A DNA stretch of 63,692 nucleotides, counting the filler, from Chiloscyllium plagiosum (taxonomy: Eukaryota): NCBI RefSeq assembly GCF_004010195.1. It is 4 parts of one record of this genome, joined end to end, with 100 filler letters (N's around TTAATTAATTAA, not from the genome) between each part and the next. Parts side by side here need not be neighbours in the genome. Positions count along the whole stretch, not along the records: positions 14,050 to 34,775 come from NC_057716.1; positions 34,876 to 44,051 come from NC_057716.1; 2 more parts are not named here. One strand, given 5' to 3'. The position numbers were made by a program, and so were the translations under genes. The notes below the pieces were generated by a model, which saw only the letters and a list, made by a program, of their open reading frames with translations, was not told the origin of the DNA and did not search any database. This document shows positions 25,401 through 40,400 of this stretch, piece by piece (the first letter of the stretch is position 1; each line of letters begins with the position of its first letter).

Positions 25401-28400
25401 CACTCGCTGCCACCATGAATTTAAGACTGGGACCACTCGCTGCCACCATGAAATCCACAGAGGAACCACTCACTGCCACCACGAGGTCAGCACTGGGACC
25501 ACTCACTGCCACCACGAGGTCAGCACTGCGACCACTCACTGCCATTATGAGGACAGCACTGGGACCACTCCCTGCGAGCATGTGGCCAGCACTGGGACCA
25601 CTCGCTGCCACCATGAGATCAGCACTGGGACCACTCGCTGCCATCATGAAATCCACGGAGGGACCACACCCTGCCACCATGAGGTCAGCACTGGGACCAC
25701 TCGCTGCCATGAGGTCAGCAGTGTGATGACTCACTGCCACCACGATGTCAGCACTGGGACCACTCGCTGTCACTACGAGGTCAGCACTGGGACCACTCGC
25801 AGTCACCACGAGATCCGCACTGTGACCACTCGCTGCCACCACGATGTCCACACTGGGACCACTCGCTGTCACCACGTGGTCAACACTGGGTCCATTCACT
25901 GCCATCATGAAATCCACGGAGGGACCACTCGCTGCCACCATAAGGTCAGGACTGGGACCACTCGCTCTTACCACGAGGTCTGCACTGGGACCACTCATTG
26001 CCTCCACGAGGTCAGCACTGGGACCACTCGCTGCCACCACGAGGTCCGCACTGGGACCACTCCCTGCGACCATGTGATCAGCACTGGGACCACTCGCTGC
26101 CACCATGGGATCAGCACTGGGACCACTCGCTGTCACCACAAAGTCAGCACTGGGACCACTCGCTGTCACCACGTGGTCAGCACTGGGACCACTCCCTGCG
26201 ACCACGAGGCCAGCACTAGGACCACTCCCTGCTACCATGAGGTCAGCACTGGGACCAGTCGCTGCCACCACGAGGTCAGCAGCGGGACTACTTCCTGACA
26301 CCACGAGGTCCGCACTGGGACCACTCCCTGCCACCATGGGATCAGCACTGGGACCACTCGCTGCCACCACGATGTCCACACTGGGACCACTCGCTGTCAC
26401 CACGTGGTCAACACTGGGTCCATTCCCTGCCATCACGAAATCCACGGAGGGACCACTCGCTGCCACCACAAGGTCAGGACTGGGACCACTCGCTCTTACC
26501 ACGAGATCTGCACTGGGACCACTCATTGCCTCCACGAGGTCAACACTGTGACTACTCACTGCCACACGAGATCTGCACTGGGACCACTCGTAGCCAACAC
26601 GATGTCAGCACTGGGACCATTCGCTGCTACCATGAGGTCAGCACTGGGATGCCTCTCTGCCACCACGAGGTCAGCACTGGAATGACTCACTGCCACCATG
26701 AGGTCAGCACTGGGACTACTTGCTGCCACCATGAAATCCACAGAGGGACCACTCACTGCCACCACAAGGTCAGCACTGGGACCACTCACTGCCACCACGA
26801 GGTCCGCACCGGGACCACTCCCTGACACCACGAGGTCCGCACTGGGACCACTCCCTGCGAGCACGTGGCCAGCACTGGGACCACTCGCTGCCACCATGAG
26901 ATCAGCACTGGGACCACTCGCTGCCACCATGAAATCCACGGAGGGACCACACCCTGCCACCATGAGGTCAGCACTGGGACCACTCGCTGCCATGAGGTCA
27001 GCACTGTGATGACTCGCTGCCACCACGATGTCAGCACTGGGACCACTCGCTGTCACCACGAGGTCAGCACTGGGACCACTCGCTGCCACGAGGTCAGCAC
27101 TGGGACTACTCGCTGCCACCACGAGGTCCGCACTGGGACCACTCCCTGCGACCACGTGGTCTGCACTGGGACCACTCCCTGCCACCACGAGATCCGCACT
27201 GTGACCACTCACCGCCACGAGTTCCGCACTGGGCCATCTCACTGCCATCACGAGGTCAGTGCTGGGACTACTCACTGCCACCACAAGGTCAGCACTGGGA
27301 CCACTCGCTGCCACCATGAGGTCAGCACTGATACGACTGGTCCCAGTGCAGACCACGTGGTCGCGGGGAGTGGTCCCAGTGGCACTGGGCCATCTCACTG
27401 CCATCACGAGGTCAGTGCTGGGACCACTCGCTGCCACCATGAGGTCAGCACTGATACCACTCGCTGTCACCACGAGGACCGCACTGGGACCACTCGCTGA
27501 CACCACAAAGTCAGCACTGGGACCACTTGCTGCCACTACGAGGTCAGCACTGGGATCACTCGCTGACACCACGAGGTCCGCACTGGAACCCTTCACTGTC
27601 ACCACGAGGTCCGCACTCGGACCACTCACTGCCACCATGAGATCAGCACTGGGATCACTCGCTGCCACCATGGAGTTAACACTGGGACAACTCACTGCCA
27701 CGAGGTCAGCACTGGGATGACTCACTGCTACCATGAGGTCAGCACCGGGACCACTCCCTGTCACCACGAGGTCCGCACTGGGACCACTTGCTGCCACCAT
27801 GAATTTAACAATGGGACCACTCGCTGCCATCATGAAATCCACGGAGGGACCACTCGCTGCCACCACGACGTCCGCACTGGGACCACTCCCTGCAACCACG
27901 TGATCAGCACTGGGACCACTCCCTGCCACCATGAGATCAGCACTGGGACCACTCGCTACCACCATGAGGTCAGCACTGGGACAACTCGCTCTTTCCACGA
28001 GTTCAGCACTGGGACCATTTGCAGTCACCATAAGGTCAGCACTGGGACCACTCGCTGCCACGAGGTCAGCACTGGGACCACTCGCTGCCACTACGAGGTC
28101 CGCACTGGGACCACTCCCTGCGACCACGTGATCAGCACTGGGACCACTCCCTGCCACCATGAGATCAGCACTGGGACCACTCGCTGCCACCACGATGTCC
28201 ACACTGGGACCACTCGCTGTCACCACGTGGTCAACACTGGGTCCATTCCCTGCCATCACGAAATCCACGGAGGGACCACTCGCTGCCCCATAAGGTCAGG
28301 ACTGGGACCACTCGCTCTGCACTGGGACCACTCATTGCCTCCACAAGGTCAGCACTGGGACCACTCGCTGCCACCACGAGGTCAGCACTAGGACCACTCG

Positions 28401-31400
28401 CTGCTACCACGAGGTCCGCACTGGGACCACTCTCTGCGACCACGTGATCAGCACTGGGAACACTCCCTGCCACCATGAGATCAGCACTGGGACCACTCGC
28501 TGCCACCACGATGTCCACACTGGGACCACTCGCTGTCACCACGTGGTCAACACTGGGTCCATTCCCTGCCATCAGGAAATCCACGGAGGGACCACTCGCT
28601 GCCACCACAAGGTCAGGACTGGGACCACTCGCTCTTACCACGAGATCTGCACTGGGACCACTCATAGCCAACACAAGGTCAGCACTGGGACCATTCGCTG
28701 CTACCATGAGGTCAGCACTGGGATGACTCTCTGCCACCACGAGGTCAGCACTGGAATGACTCACTGCCACCACGAGGTCAGCACTGGAATGACTCACTGC
28801 CACCATGAGGTCCGCACTGGGTCCACTCGCTGCCACCATGAATTTAACACTGGGACCACTCGCTGTCACCACGAGGTCAGCACTGGGCCATCTCACTGCC
28901 ATCACAAGGTCAGTGCTGGGACTACTCACTGCCACCACAAGGTCAGCACTGGGACCACTCGCTGCGAGCACGTGGTCAGCACTGGGACCATTCCCAGCCA
29001 CCATGAGGTCAGCACTGGGACGACTCACTGCCACAAGAGGTCCGCAGTTGGACCACTCCCTGCCAACACGAGGTCAGCACTGGGACCACCCGCTGCCACC
29101 ANNNNNNNNNNNNNNNNNNNNNNNNNNNNNNNNNNNNNNNNNNNNNNNNNNNNNNNNNNNNNNNNNNNNNNNNNNNNNNNNNNNNNNNNNNNNNNNNNNN
29201 NNNNNNNNNNNNNNNNNNNNNNNNNNNNNNNNNNNNNNNNNNNNNNNNNNNNNNNNNNNNNNNNNNNNNNNNNNNNNNNNNNNNNNNNNNNNNNNNNNNN
29301 NNNNNNNNNNNNNNNNNNNNNNNNNNNNNNNNNNNNNNNNNNNNNNNNNNNNNNNNNNNNNNNNNNNNNNNNNNNNNNNNNNNNNNNNNNNNNNNNNNNN
29401 NNNNNNNNNNNNNNNNNNNNNNNNNNNNNNNNNNNNNNNNNNNNNNNNNNNNNNNNNNNNNNNNNNNNNNNNNNNNNNNNNNNNNNNNNNNNNNNNNNNN
29501 NNNNNNNNNNNNNNNNNNNNNNNNNNNNNNNNNNNNNNNNNNNNNNNNNNNNNNNNNNNNNNNNNNNNNNNNNNNNNNNNNNNNNNNNNNNNNNNNNNNN
29601 NACTGCCACCATGACGTCTGCACTGGGACCACTCGCTGCCACTACGAGGTCAGCGTTGGGACCACTGGCTGCCACCACAAAGTCAGCACTGGGACCACTT
29701 TCTGCCACCATGAGGTCAGCACTGGGACCACTCCCTGCGACTACGTGGTCAGCACTGGGACCACTCCCTGCCACCATGAGATCAGCACTGGGACCACTCG
29801 CTGCCACTATGAGGTCAGCATTGGGATCACTCGCTCTTATCACGAGGTCAGCAATGGGACCACTTGCTGTCACTATAAGGTCAGCACTGGGACCACTCGC
29901 TGCCAACACGAGGTCAGCACTGGGACCACTCGCTGTCACCACGTGGTCCGCACTGGGACCACTCGCTGCTACGAGGTCAGCACTGGGACCACTCCATACC
30001 ACCATTAGGTCAGCACTGGGAACCCTCACTGACACCATGAGGTCAGCACTGGGATGACTCCCTGCCACCACGTGGTCAGCACTGGGACACTCCCTGCCAC
30101 CACGAAATCCACAGAGATACCACACACTGCCACCACGAGGTCACCACTGGGAACACGTGCTCTTATGAGGTCCGCACTGGGACCACTCACTGTCACCATG
30201 AGGTCCACACTGGGTCCACTCGATGCCACCATGAGGGCCGCACTGGGTGCACTCGATGCCACCACGAGGTCCGCACTGCGACCACTCTCTGCTACCACGA
30301 GGTCTGCGCTGGGACCACTCGCTGCCACCACGAGGTCCGCACTGGGACGACTCACTGTCACTGCAAGGTCACCGCTGGGACCACTCCATACCACCACGAG
30401 GTCCGCAGTGGCAGTCACTGCGAGGTCTGCACTGGGACCTCTCGTTGCCACCACAAGGGCAGCACTGTGACCACTCACTGCCACCACGCGGTCCGCACTG
30501 GGACCACCCGCTGCCACCACGAGGTCAGCACTGGGACCACGCGATGCCACCACGAGGACCGCACTGGGACCACTCACACCACCACAAAGTCAGCACTGGG
30601 AGCACTCGCTGCCACCATGAGGTCAGCACTGGGACCACTCGCTGTCACCACGAGGTCCGCACTGGGACCACTCGCTGCCACCACGAGATCAGCACTGGGA
30701 CCACTCGCTGCCACTACGAGATCAGCACTGGGACCACTCGCAGGCACCATGAGGTCAGCACTGGGACCACTCGCTGTCACCATGTGGTCTGCACCGGGAC
30801 CACTCGCAGCGACCATGAGGTCAGCACTGGGACCACTCGCTGTCACCATGTGGTCTGCAATGGGACCACTCGCTGCCACCACGAGGTCAGCACTGGGAGC
30901 ACTCGTTGCCACCACGAGGTCCGCACTGGGACCACTCGCTGTCATCACGAGGTCCACACTGAGACCACTCGCTGCCACCACGAGGTCAGCACTGGGACCA
31001 CTCGCAGCCACCATGAGGTCAGCACTGGGACCACTCGCTGTCACCATGTGGTCTGCACTGGGACACTCGCTACCACCACGATGTCAGCACAGGGAGCACT
31101 CGCTGCCACCAGGAGGTCCGCACTGGCACCACTCGCTGTCATCACGAGGTCCACACTGAGACCACTCGCTGCCACCACGAGGTCAGCACTGGGACCACTC
31201 CCTGTCACCATGAGGTCAGCACTGGGACCACTCGCTGCCACCACGACGTCAGCACTGGGACCACTTGCTGTCACCACGTGGTCTGCACTGGGACCACTTG
31301 CAGCCACCACGAGGTCAGCACAGGGACCACTCGCTACCACCGCAAGGTCAGCACTGGGACCACTCGCTGCCACCACGAGGTCAGCACTGGGACCACTCGC

Positions 31401-34400
31401 TGCCACTATGAGGTCAGCGCTGGGACCACTGGCTGCCACCACAAAGTCAGCACTGGGACCACTTGCTGCCACCATGAGGTCAGCACTGGGACCACTCCCT
31501 GCGACTACGTGGTCAGCACTGGGAACACTCCCTGCCACCATGAGATCAGCACTGGGACCACTCGCTGCCACTATGAGGTCAGCACTGGGATCACTCGCTC
31601 TTACCAGGATTCAGCAATGGGACCACTTGCTGTCACCATAAGGTCAGCACTGGGACCACTCGCTGCCACCACGAGGTCAGCACTGGGACCACTCGCTGTC
31701 ACCGCGTGGTCCGCACTGGGACCACTCACTGCCACCTCGAAGTCAGCACTGTGACCACTCACTGCCACCATGATGTCTGCAGTGGGACCACTGACTGCCA
31801 CCACAAAGTCAGCACTGGGACCACTTGCTGCCACCATGAGGTCAGCACTGGGACCACTTGCTGCCACTACTAGGTCAGCACTGGAACAACTCACTGCCGG
31901 GGACCACACCCTGCGTCCACGTGGTCAGCACTGGGACCACTCACTGCCACCACGAGGTCAGCACTGGGACCACTCGCTGTCACCACGTGGTCCGCACTGG
32001 GACCGCTCACTGCCACCTCGAGGTCAGCACTGTGACCACTCGCTGCCACCATGATGTCTGCAGTGGGACCACTCGCTGCCACTACGAGGTCAGCACTGAG
32101 ACCACTGACTGCCACCACAAAGTCAGCACTGGGACCACTTGCTGCCACCATGAGGTCAGCACTGGGACCATTCCCTGCGACCACCTGGTCAGCACTAGGA
32201 CCATTCCCTGCCACCATGAGATCAGCACTGGGACCACTCGCTGCCACTATGAGGTCAGCACTGGGACCACTCGCTCTTACCACGAGGTCAGCACTGGGAC
32301 CACTCGCTACCACCACGAGGACCGCACTGGGACCAAACACTGCCACCGCGAGGTCAGCACTGGGACCACTCGCTGCCACCACGAGGTCAGCACTGGGACC
32401 ACTCGCTCTTACCGCGAGGTCTGCACTGGGATCACTCGCTGTCACCATGAGGTCCACACTGGGTCCACTCACTGCCACCGTGAGGTCCGCACTGCGACCA
32501 CTCGCTGCCATGAGGTCCGCACTGGGACCACTCGCTGCCACCATGTGGTCCGCACTGTCACCACCTCCTGCGACCACGTGGTCAGCACTGGGACCACTCC
32601 TTGCCACCATGAAGTTAACACTGGGACCACTCGCTGCCACCATGAGGTCAGCACAGGGACCACTCGCTGACACCATGAGGTCCGCACTGGGACCCCTCAC
32701 TGTCATCACGAGGTCCACACTGAAACCACTCGCTGCCACCGCGAGGTCAGCACTGGGACCACTCGCTGCCACCACGAGGTCAGCACTGGCACCACTCGCT
32801 CTTACCGCGAGGTCTGCACTGGGATCACTCGCTGTCGCCACCATGAGGTCCGCACTGGGACCCCTCACTGTCATCACGAGGTCCACACTGAAACCACTCG
32901 CTGCCACCACGAGGTCAGCACTGGGACCACTCCCTGTCAACACGAGGTCAGCACTGGGACCACTCGCTGCCACCATGAGGTCAGCACTGGGAGCACTCGC
33001 TGTCACCACGTAGTCTGCACTGGGACCACTTGCTGCCACCACGAGGTCAGCACAGGGACCACTCGCAGCCACCGCGCGGTCAGCACTGTGACCACTCACT
33101 GCCACCATGAAGTCAGCACTGGGACCACTCGCTGCCACCACGAGGTCAGCACTGGGACCACTCGCTGCCACCACGAGGTCAGCACTGTGACCACTCGCTG
33201 CCATTACGAGTTCAGCACTGGGACGACTCACTGCCACGAGGTCAGCACTGGAATGACTAACTGCCACCATGAGGTCAGCACTGGAACCACTCCCTGCGAC
33301 TACGTGGTCAGCACTGGGACCACTCCCTGCCTCCATGAGATCAGCACTGGGACCACTCCCTGCGACCACGTGGTCAGCACTGGGACCACTCCCTGCCACC
33401 ATGAGGTCCGCACTGGGACCACTCGCTGCCACCATGAGGTCCGTACTGGCACCACCTCCTGCGACCACGTGGTCAGCACTGGGACCACTCCTTGCCACCA
33501 TGAGATCAGCACTGGGACCACTCACTTTCACCACGAGGTCCAGACTGGGACCACTCCCTGCGATCACGTGGTCAGCAGTGGGACCAGTCACTGCCACAAT
33601 GAAGTTAACACTGGGACCACTCGCTGCCACCACGAGGGCAGCACTGGGACCACTCACTTTCACCACGAGGTCAGCACTGGGACCACTCGCTCTTACCATG
33701 AGGTCAGCACTGGGACCACTTGCTGTCACCATATGGTCTGCACCGGGACCACTCGCAGCCACCATGAGGTCAGCACTGGGACCACTTGCTCTTACCGCAA
33801 GGTCCGCACTGGGACCACTCACTGTCACCATGAGGTCCGCACTGCGTCCATTCGCTGCCACCATGAGGTCCGCACTGCAACCACTCGCTGTCACCACAGG
33901 GTCCGCACTGTGACCACTCGCTGCCACCATGAGGTCCGCACTGGGACCACTCGCTGACACCACGCGGTCAGCACTGGGACCACTCGCTGACACCACGAGG
34001 TCAGCACTGGGACCACTCACTTTCACCACGAGGTCAGCACTGGGACCACTCGCAGCCACCATGAGGTCAGCACTGGGACCACTCGGTCTTACCATGAGGT
34101 CAGCACTGGGACCACTCGGTCTTACCATGAGGTCAGCACTGGGACCACTCGCTGTCACCATGTGGTCTGCACCGGGACCACTCGCAGCCACAATGAGGTC
34201 AGCACTGGGACCACTCGCTGTCACCATGTGGTCTGCACCGGGACCACTCGCAGCCACAATGAGGTCAGCACTGGGACCACTCGCTGTCACCATGTGGTCT
34301 GCACCGGGACCACTCGCAGCCACAATGAGGTCAGCACTGGGACCACTCGCTGTCACCATGTGGTCTGCACCGGGACCACTCGCAGCCACAATGAGGTCAG

Positions 34401-37400
34401 CACTGGGACCACTCGCTGTCACCATGTGGTCTGCACCGGGACCACTCGCAGCCACAATGAGGTCAGCACTGGGACCACTCGCTGTCACCATGTGGTCTGC
34501 ACCGGGACCACTCGCAGCCACAATGAGGTCAGCACTGGGACCACTCGCTGTCACCATGTGGTCTGCACCGGGACCACTCGCAGCCACCATGAGGTCAGCA
34601 CTGGGACCACTTGCTCTTACCGCGAGGTCCGCACTGGGACCACTCACTGTCACCATGAGGTCCGCACTGCGTCCATTCGCTGCCACCATGAGGTCCGCAC
34701 TGCAACCACTCGCTGTCACCACAGGGTCCGCACTGGGACCACTCGCTGCCACCATGAGGTCCGCACTGGGACCACNNNNNNNNNNNNNNNNNNNNNNNNN
34801 NNNNNNNNNNNNNNNNNNNTTAATTAATTAANNNNNNNNNNNNNNNNNNNNNNNNNNNNNNNNNNNNNNNNNNNNAGGTCAGCACTGGGACCACTCACTT
34901 TCACCATGAGGTCAGCACTGGGACCACTCACTGTCACCACGAGGTCAGCACTGGGACCACTCCCTGCAACCATGAGATCAGCACTGGGATCACTGACTGC
35001 CACCATGAAGTTAACACTGGGACCACTCGCTGCCACCACTAGGTCAGCACTGGGACCACTCACTGTCACCACGAGGTCAGCACTGGGACCACTCCCTGCA
35101 ACCATGAGATCAGCACTGGGATCACTGACTGCCACCATGAAGTTAACACTGGGACCACTCGCTGCCACCACTAGGTCAGCACTGGGACCACTCACTGTCA
35201 CCACGAGGTCAGCATTGGGACCACTCGCTGCCACCACGAGGACCGCACTGGGACCAATCACTGCCACCGCGAGATCTGCACTGAGACCACTCGTTGCCAC
35301 CATCAGGTCAGCACTGGGACCACACGCTGACACCACCAGGTCAGCACTGGGACCACTCGCTGTCACCACGAGGTCAGCACTGAGACCACTCGCTGCCACG
35401 ATGAGATCAGCACTGGGACCACTCAATGCAACCATGAAGTTAACACTGGGACCACTCGCTGCCACCACGAGGTCAGCACTGGGACCAATCGCTCTTACCA
35501 CGAGGTCCGTACTCGGACCACTCGCTGTCACCATGAGGTTCGCACTGGGTCCACTCGCTGCCACCGCAAAGTCCGCAGGGCAACCACTCACTGCCACCAT
35601 GAGGTCCGCTCTAGGAGCACTGGCTGCCACTACGAGGTCAGCACTGGGACCACTCGCTGCCACCACGAGGTCAGCACTGGGACAACTCGCTCTTACCATA
35701 AGGTCCATACTGGGACCACACGCTGTCACCATGAGTTCCGCACTGGGTCCAGTCGCTGCCACCGCGAGGTCCACAGGGCAACCACTCACTGCCACCACGA
35801 ACTCTGCTCAAGAACCACTCGCTGCCACCACGAGGTCAGCACTGGGACCACTCGCTGCCACCACGAGGTCAGCACTGCGACAACTCGCTCTTACCATAAG
35901 GTCCATACTGGGACCACTCGCTGTCACCATGAAGTCCGCACTGGGTCCAGTCGCTGCCACCGCGAGGTCCGCAGGGCAACCACTCACTGGCACCATGAGG
36001 TCCGCACTGGGACCACTCGCTGTCACCACGAGGTCTACACTGGGACCACTCGCTGCCACGAGGTCTGCACGGGGACCAATCGCTGCCACCAAGAGGTCCG
36101 CACTGGGACCAATCACTGCCACCAAGAGGTCCGCACTGGGACCAATTACTGCCACCACGAGGTCCGCACTGGGACCACTCGCTGTCACCACGAGGTCCGC
36201 ACTGGGACCAGTCGCTGCCACCATGAGGTCTGCACTGGGACCACTCGCTGCCACCATGAGGTCAGCACTGCGACCACTCGCTGCCACCACGAGGTCAGCA
36301 CTGGGCCGACTCATTGCCACAAGGTCAGCGCTGGAACGACCCACTGCCACCATGAGGTCAGCACTAGGAGCACACCCTGCCACCATGAGGTCCGCACTGG
36401 GACCACCTCGTACTGGGACCACTCCCAGCCACCATGAGATCAGCACTGGGACCACTCACTGCCACCATGAAGTTAACACTGGGACCACTCGCTGCCACCA
36501 TGAGGTCAGCACTGGGACCACTCGCTGACACCACGAAGTCAGCACTGGGACCCCCCCCTGACACCACGAGGTCAGTACTGGGACCACTCACTGTCACCAC
36601 GAGGCCAGCACTGGGACCACTCACTGCCACCATGAAGTTAACACTGGGACCACTCGCTGCCATAATGAGGTCAGCACTGGGACCACTCACTGTCACCACG
36701 AGGTCAGCATTGGGACCACTCCCAGCCACCACTAGATCCATGGAGGGACCACTCGCTGCCACCACGAGGTCAGCACTGGGACCACTCGCTGCCACCATGA
36801 GGTCAGCACTGGGACCACTCACTGTCACCACGAGGTCAGCATTGGGACCACTCACTATCACCATGAGGTCAGCACTGGGACCACTCGCTGCCACCACGAG
36901 CACCGCACTGGGACCAAACACTGCCACCGCGAGGTCTGCACTGAGACCACTCGTTGCCACCACGAGGTCAGCACTGGGACCACACGCTGACACCACGAGG
37001 TCGGCACTGTGACCACTCACTGCCACCATCGGGTCAGCACTGGGACCACACGCTGACACCACGAGGTCAGCACTGGGACCACTCACTGTCACCACGAGGT
37101 CAGCGCTGGGACCACTCGCTGCCACCAGGAGATCAGCACTGGGACCACTCGCTGCCACCACGAGGTCAGCACTGGGACCACTCACTGTCACCACAAGGTC
37201 CACACTGGGACCATTCGCTGCCACCACGAGGTCTGCACTGCGACCACTCACTGCCACCACGAGGTCTGCACTGGGACCACTCGTTGCCACGAGTTCCGCA
37301 CTGGGACCACTCGTTGCCACAAGGCCCGGACTGGGACCACTCACTGCCACCACGAGGTCTACACTGGGACCACTCACTGTCACCACGAGGTCAGCACTGG

Positions 37401-40400
37401 GACCACTTGCTGTCACCATAAGGTCAGCACTGGGACCACTCGCTGCCACCACGAGGTCCGCACTGGGACCACTCGCTGCAACCACAAGGTCCGCACTGGG
37501 ACCACTCGCTGCCACTACGAGGTCTGTACTGGGACCACTCGCTGTCACCATGAGAGCAGCACTGGGACCACTCGCTGCCACCATGAGGACAGCACTGGGA
37601 CCACTCGCTGACACCATGAGGTCTGCACTGGGACCACACGTTGACACCACGAGGTCCGCACTGGGACCACTCGTTGCCACGAGGTCCACACTAGGACCAC
37701 CCGTTGCCACGAGGTCCGCACTGGGACCACTCGTTGCCACTACGAGGTCTGCACTGGTACCACTCGCTGTCACCACGAGGTCTGCACTGGTACCACTCGC
37801 TGTCACCACGAGGTCCGCACTGGGACCACTCGCTGTCACCACGAGGTCCGCACTGGGATCACTCGTTGCCACCACGAGGTCAGCTCTGTGACCATTCACG
37901 GCCACCATCAGGTCAGCACTGGGACATTCGCTGCCACCACGAGGTCAGCACTGGGACCACTCATTCTTACCACGACGTCCGCACTGGGACTACTCACTGC
38001 CACCATGAGGTCCGCACTGGGACCACTCGCTGCAACCACGAGGTCCGCGCTGGGATCACTCACTGCCACCACGAGGTCTGCACTGGTACCACTCGCTGTC
38101 ACCACGAGGACCGTACTGGGACCTAACACTGCCACCGCGAGGTCTGCACTGAGACCACTCGTTGCCACCACGAGGTCAGCACTGGGTCCACACGCTGACA
38201 CCACGAGGTCAGCACTGGGACCACTCACTGTCACCACGAGGTCAGCACTGGGACCACTCACTATCACCACGAGGCCAGCACTGGGACCACTCGCTGCCAC
38301 CACGAGGACCGTACTGGGACCTAACACTGCCACCGCGAGGTCTGCACTGAGACCACTCGTTGCCACCACGAGGTCAGCACTGGGTCCACACGCTGACACC
38401 ACGAGGTCAGCACTGTGACCACTCACTGCCACCATCAGGTAAGCACTGGGACCACACGCTGACACCACGAGGTCAGCACTGGGACCACTCACTGTCACCA
38501 CGAGGTCAGCGCTGGGACCACTCGCTGCCACCACGAGGTCAGCACTGGGACCACTCACTGCCACCATCAGGTCAGTACTGGGACCACACGCTGACACCAC
38601 GAGGTCAGCACTGGGACCACTCACTGTCACCACGAGGTCAGCGCTGGGACCACTCGCTGCCACCACGAGGTCAGCACTGGGACCACTCACTATCACCACG
38701 AGGTCAGCACTGGGACCACTCGCTGCCACCACGAGGACCGCACTGGGACCTAACACTGCCACCGCGAGGTCTGCACTGAGACCACTCGTTGCCACCACGA
38801 GGTCAGCACTGGGACCACACGCTGTCACCACGAGGTCCGCACTGGGACCACTCGCTGCCACTACGAGGTCTGTACTGGGACGACTCGCTGTCACCATGAG
38901 ATCAGCACTGGGACCACTCGCTGCCACCATGAGGACAGCACTGGGACCACTCGCTGACACCACGAGGTCTGCACTGGGACCACTCGTTGACACCACGAGG
39001 TCCGCACTGGGACCACTCATTGCCACGAGGTCCACACTGGGACTACCCGTTGCCACGAGGTCCGCACTGGGACCACTCGTTGCCACTACGAGGTCTGCAC
39101 TGGTACCACTCGCTGTCACCACGAGGTCCGCACTGGGACCACTCGCTGTCACCACGAGGTCCGCACTGGGACCACTCGTTGCCACCACGAGGTCAGCACT
39201 GTGACCATTCACGGCCACCATCAGGTCAGCACTGGGACCACTCACTGCCACGAGGTCAGCACTGGGACTACTCGCTGCCACCACGAAATCCACGGAGGGA
39301 CCATTCGCTGCCACCACGAGGTCAGCACTGGGACCACTCATTCTTACCACGACGTCCGCACTGGGAGTATTCACTGCCACCATGAGGTCCGCACTGGGAC
39401 CACTCGCTGCAACCACGCGGTCCGCGCTGGGATCACTCGCTGCCACCACGAGGTCTGCACGGCGACCACTCACTGCCACCACGAGGTCTGCACTGGGACC
39501 ACTCGTTGCCACGAGGTCCGCACTGGGACCACTCGTTGCCACAAGGTCCCCACTGGGACCACTCACTGCCACCACGAGGTCTACACTGGTACCACTCGCT
39601 GTCACCACGAGGTCCGCACTGGGACCACTCGCTGTCACCACGAGGTCCGCACTGGGACCACTCACTGCCACCACGAGGTCTGCACTGCGACCACTCACTG
39701 CCACCACGAGGTCTGCACTGGGACCACTCGTTGCCACGAGGTCCGCACTGGGACCACTCGTTGCCACAAGGTCCGCACTGGGACCACTCACTGCCACCAC
39801 GAGGTCAGCACTGGTACCACTCACTGACACCATGAGGTCCGCACTGGGACCACTCGCTGTCACCACGAGGTCCGCACTGGGACCACTCACTGCCACTACG
39901 AGGTCTGTACTGGGACCACTCACTGTCACCATGAGATCAGCACTGGGACCACTCGCTGCCACCATGAGGACAGCACTGGGACCACTCGCTGACACCACGA
40001 GGTATGCACTGGGACCACTCGCTGAAACCACGAAGTCAGCACTGGGACCCCTCGCTGACACCATGAGGTCAGTACTGGGACCACTCACTGTCACCACGAG
40101 GCCAGCACTGGGACCACTCACTGCCACCATGAGGTCAGCACTGGGACCACTCACTGTCACCACGAGGTCCGCACTGGGACCACTCGCTGTCACCACAAGG
40201 TCCGCACTGGGACCACTCGTTGCCACCACGAGGTCAGCACTGGGACCATTCACGGCCACCATCAGGTCAGCACTGGGACCACTCGCTGTCACCACGAGGT
40301 CTGTACTGGGACCACTCGCTGTCACCATGAGATCAGCACTGGGACCACTCGCTGCCACCATGAGGACAGCACAAGGACCACTCGCTGACACCACGAGGTT

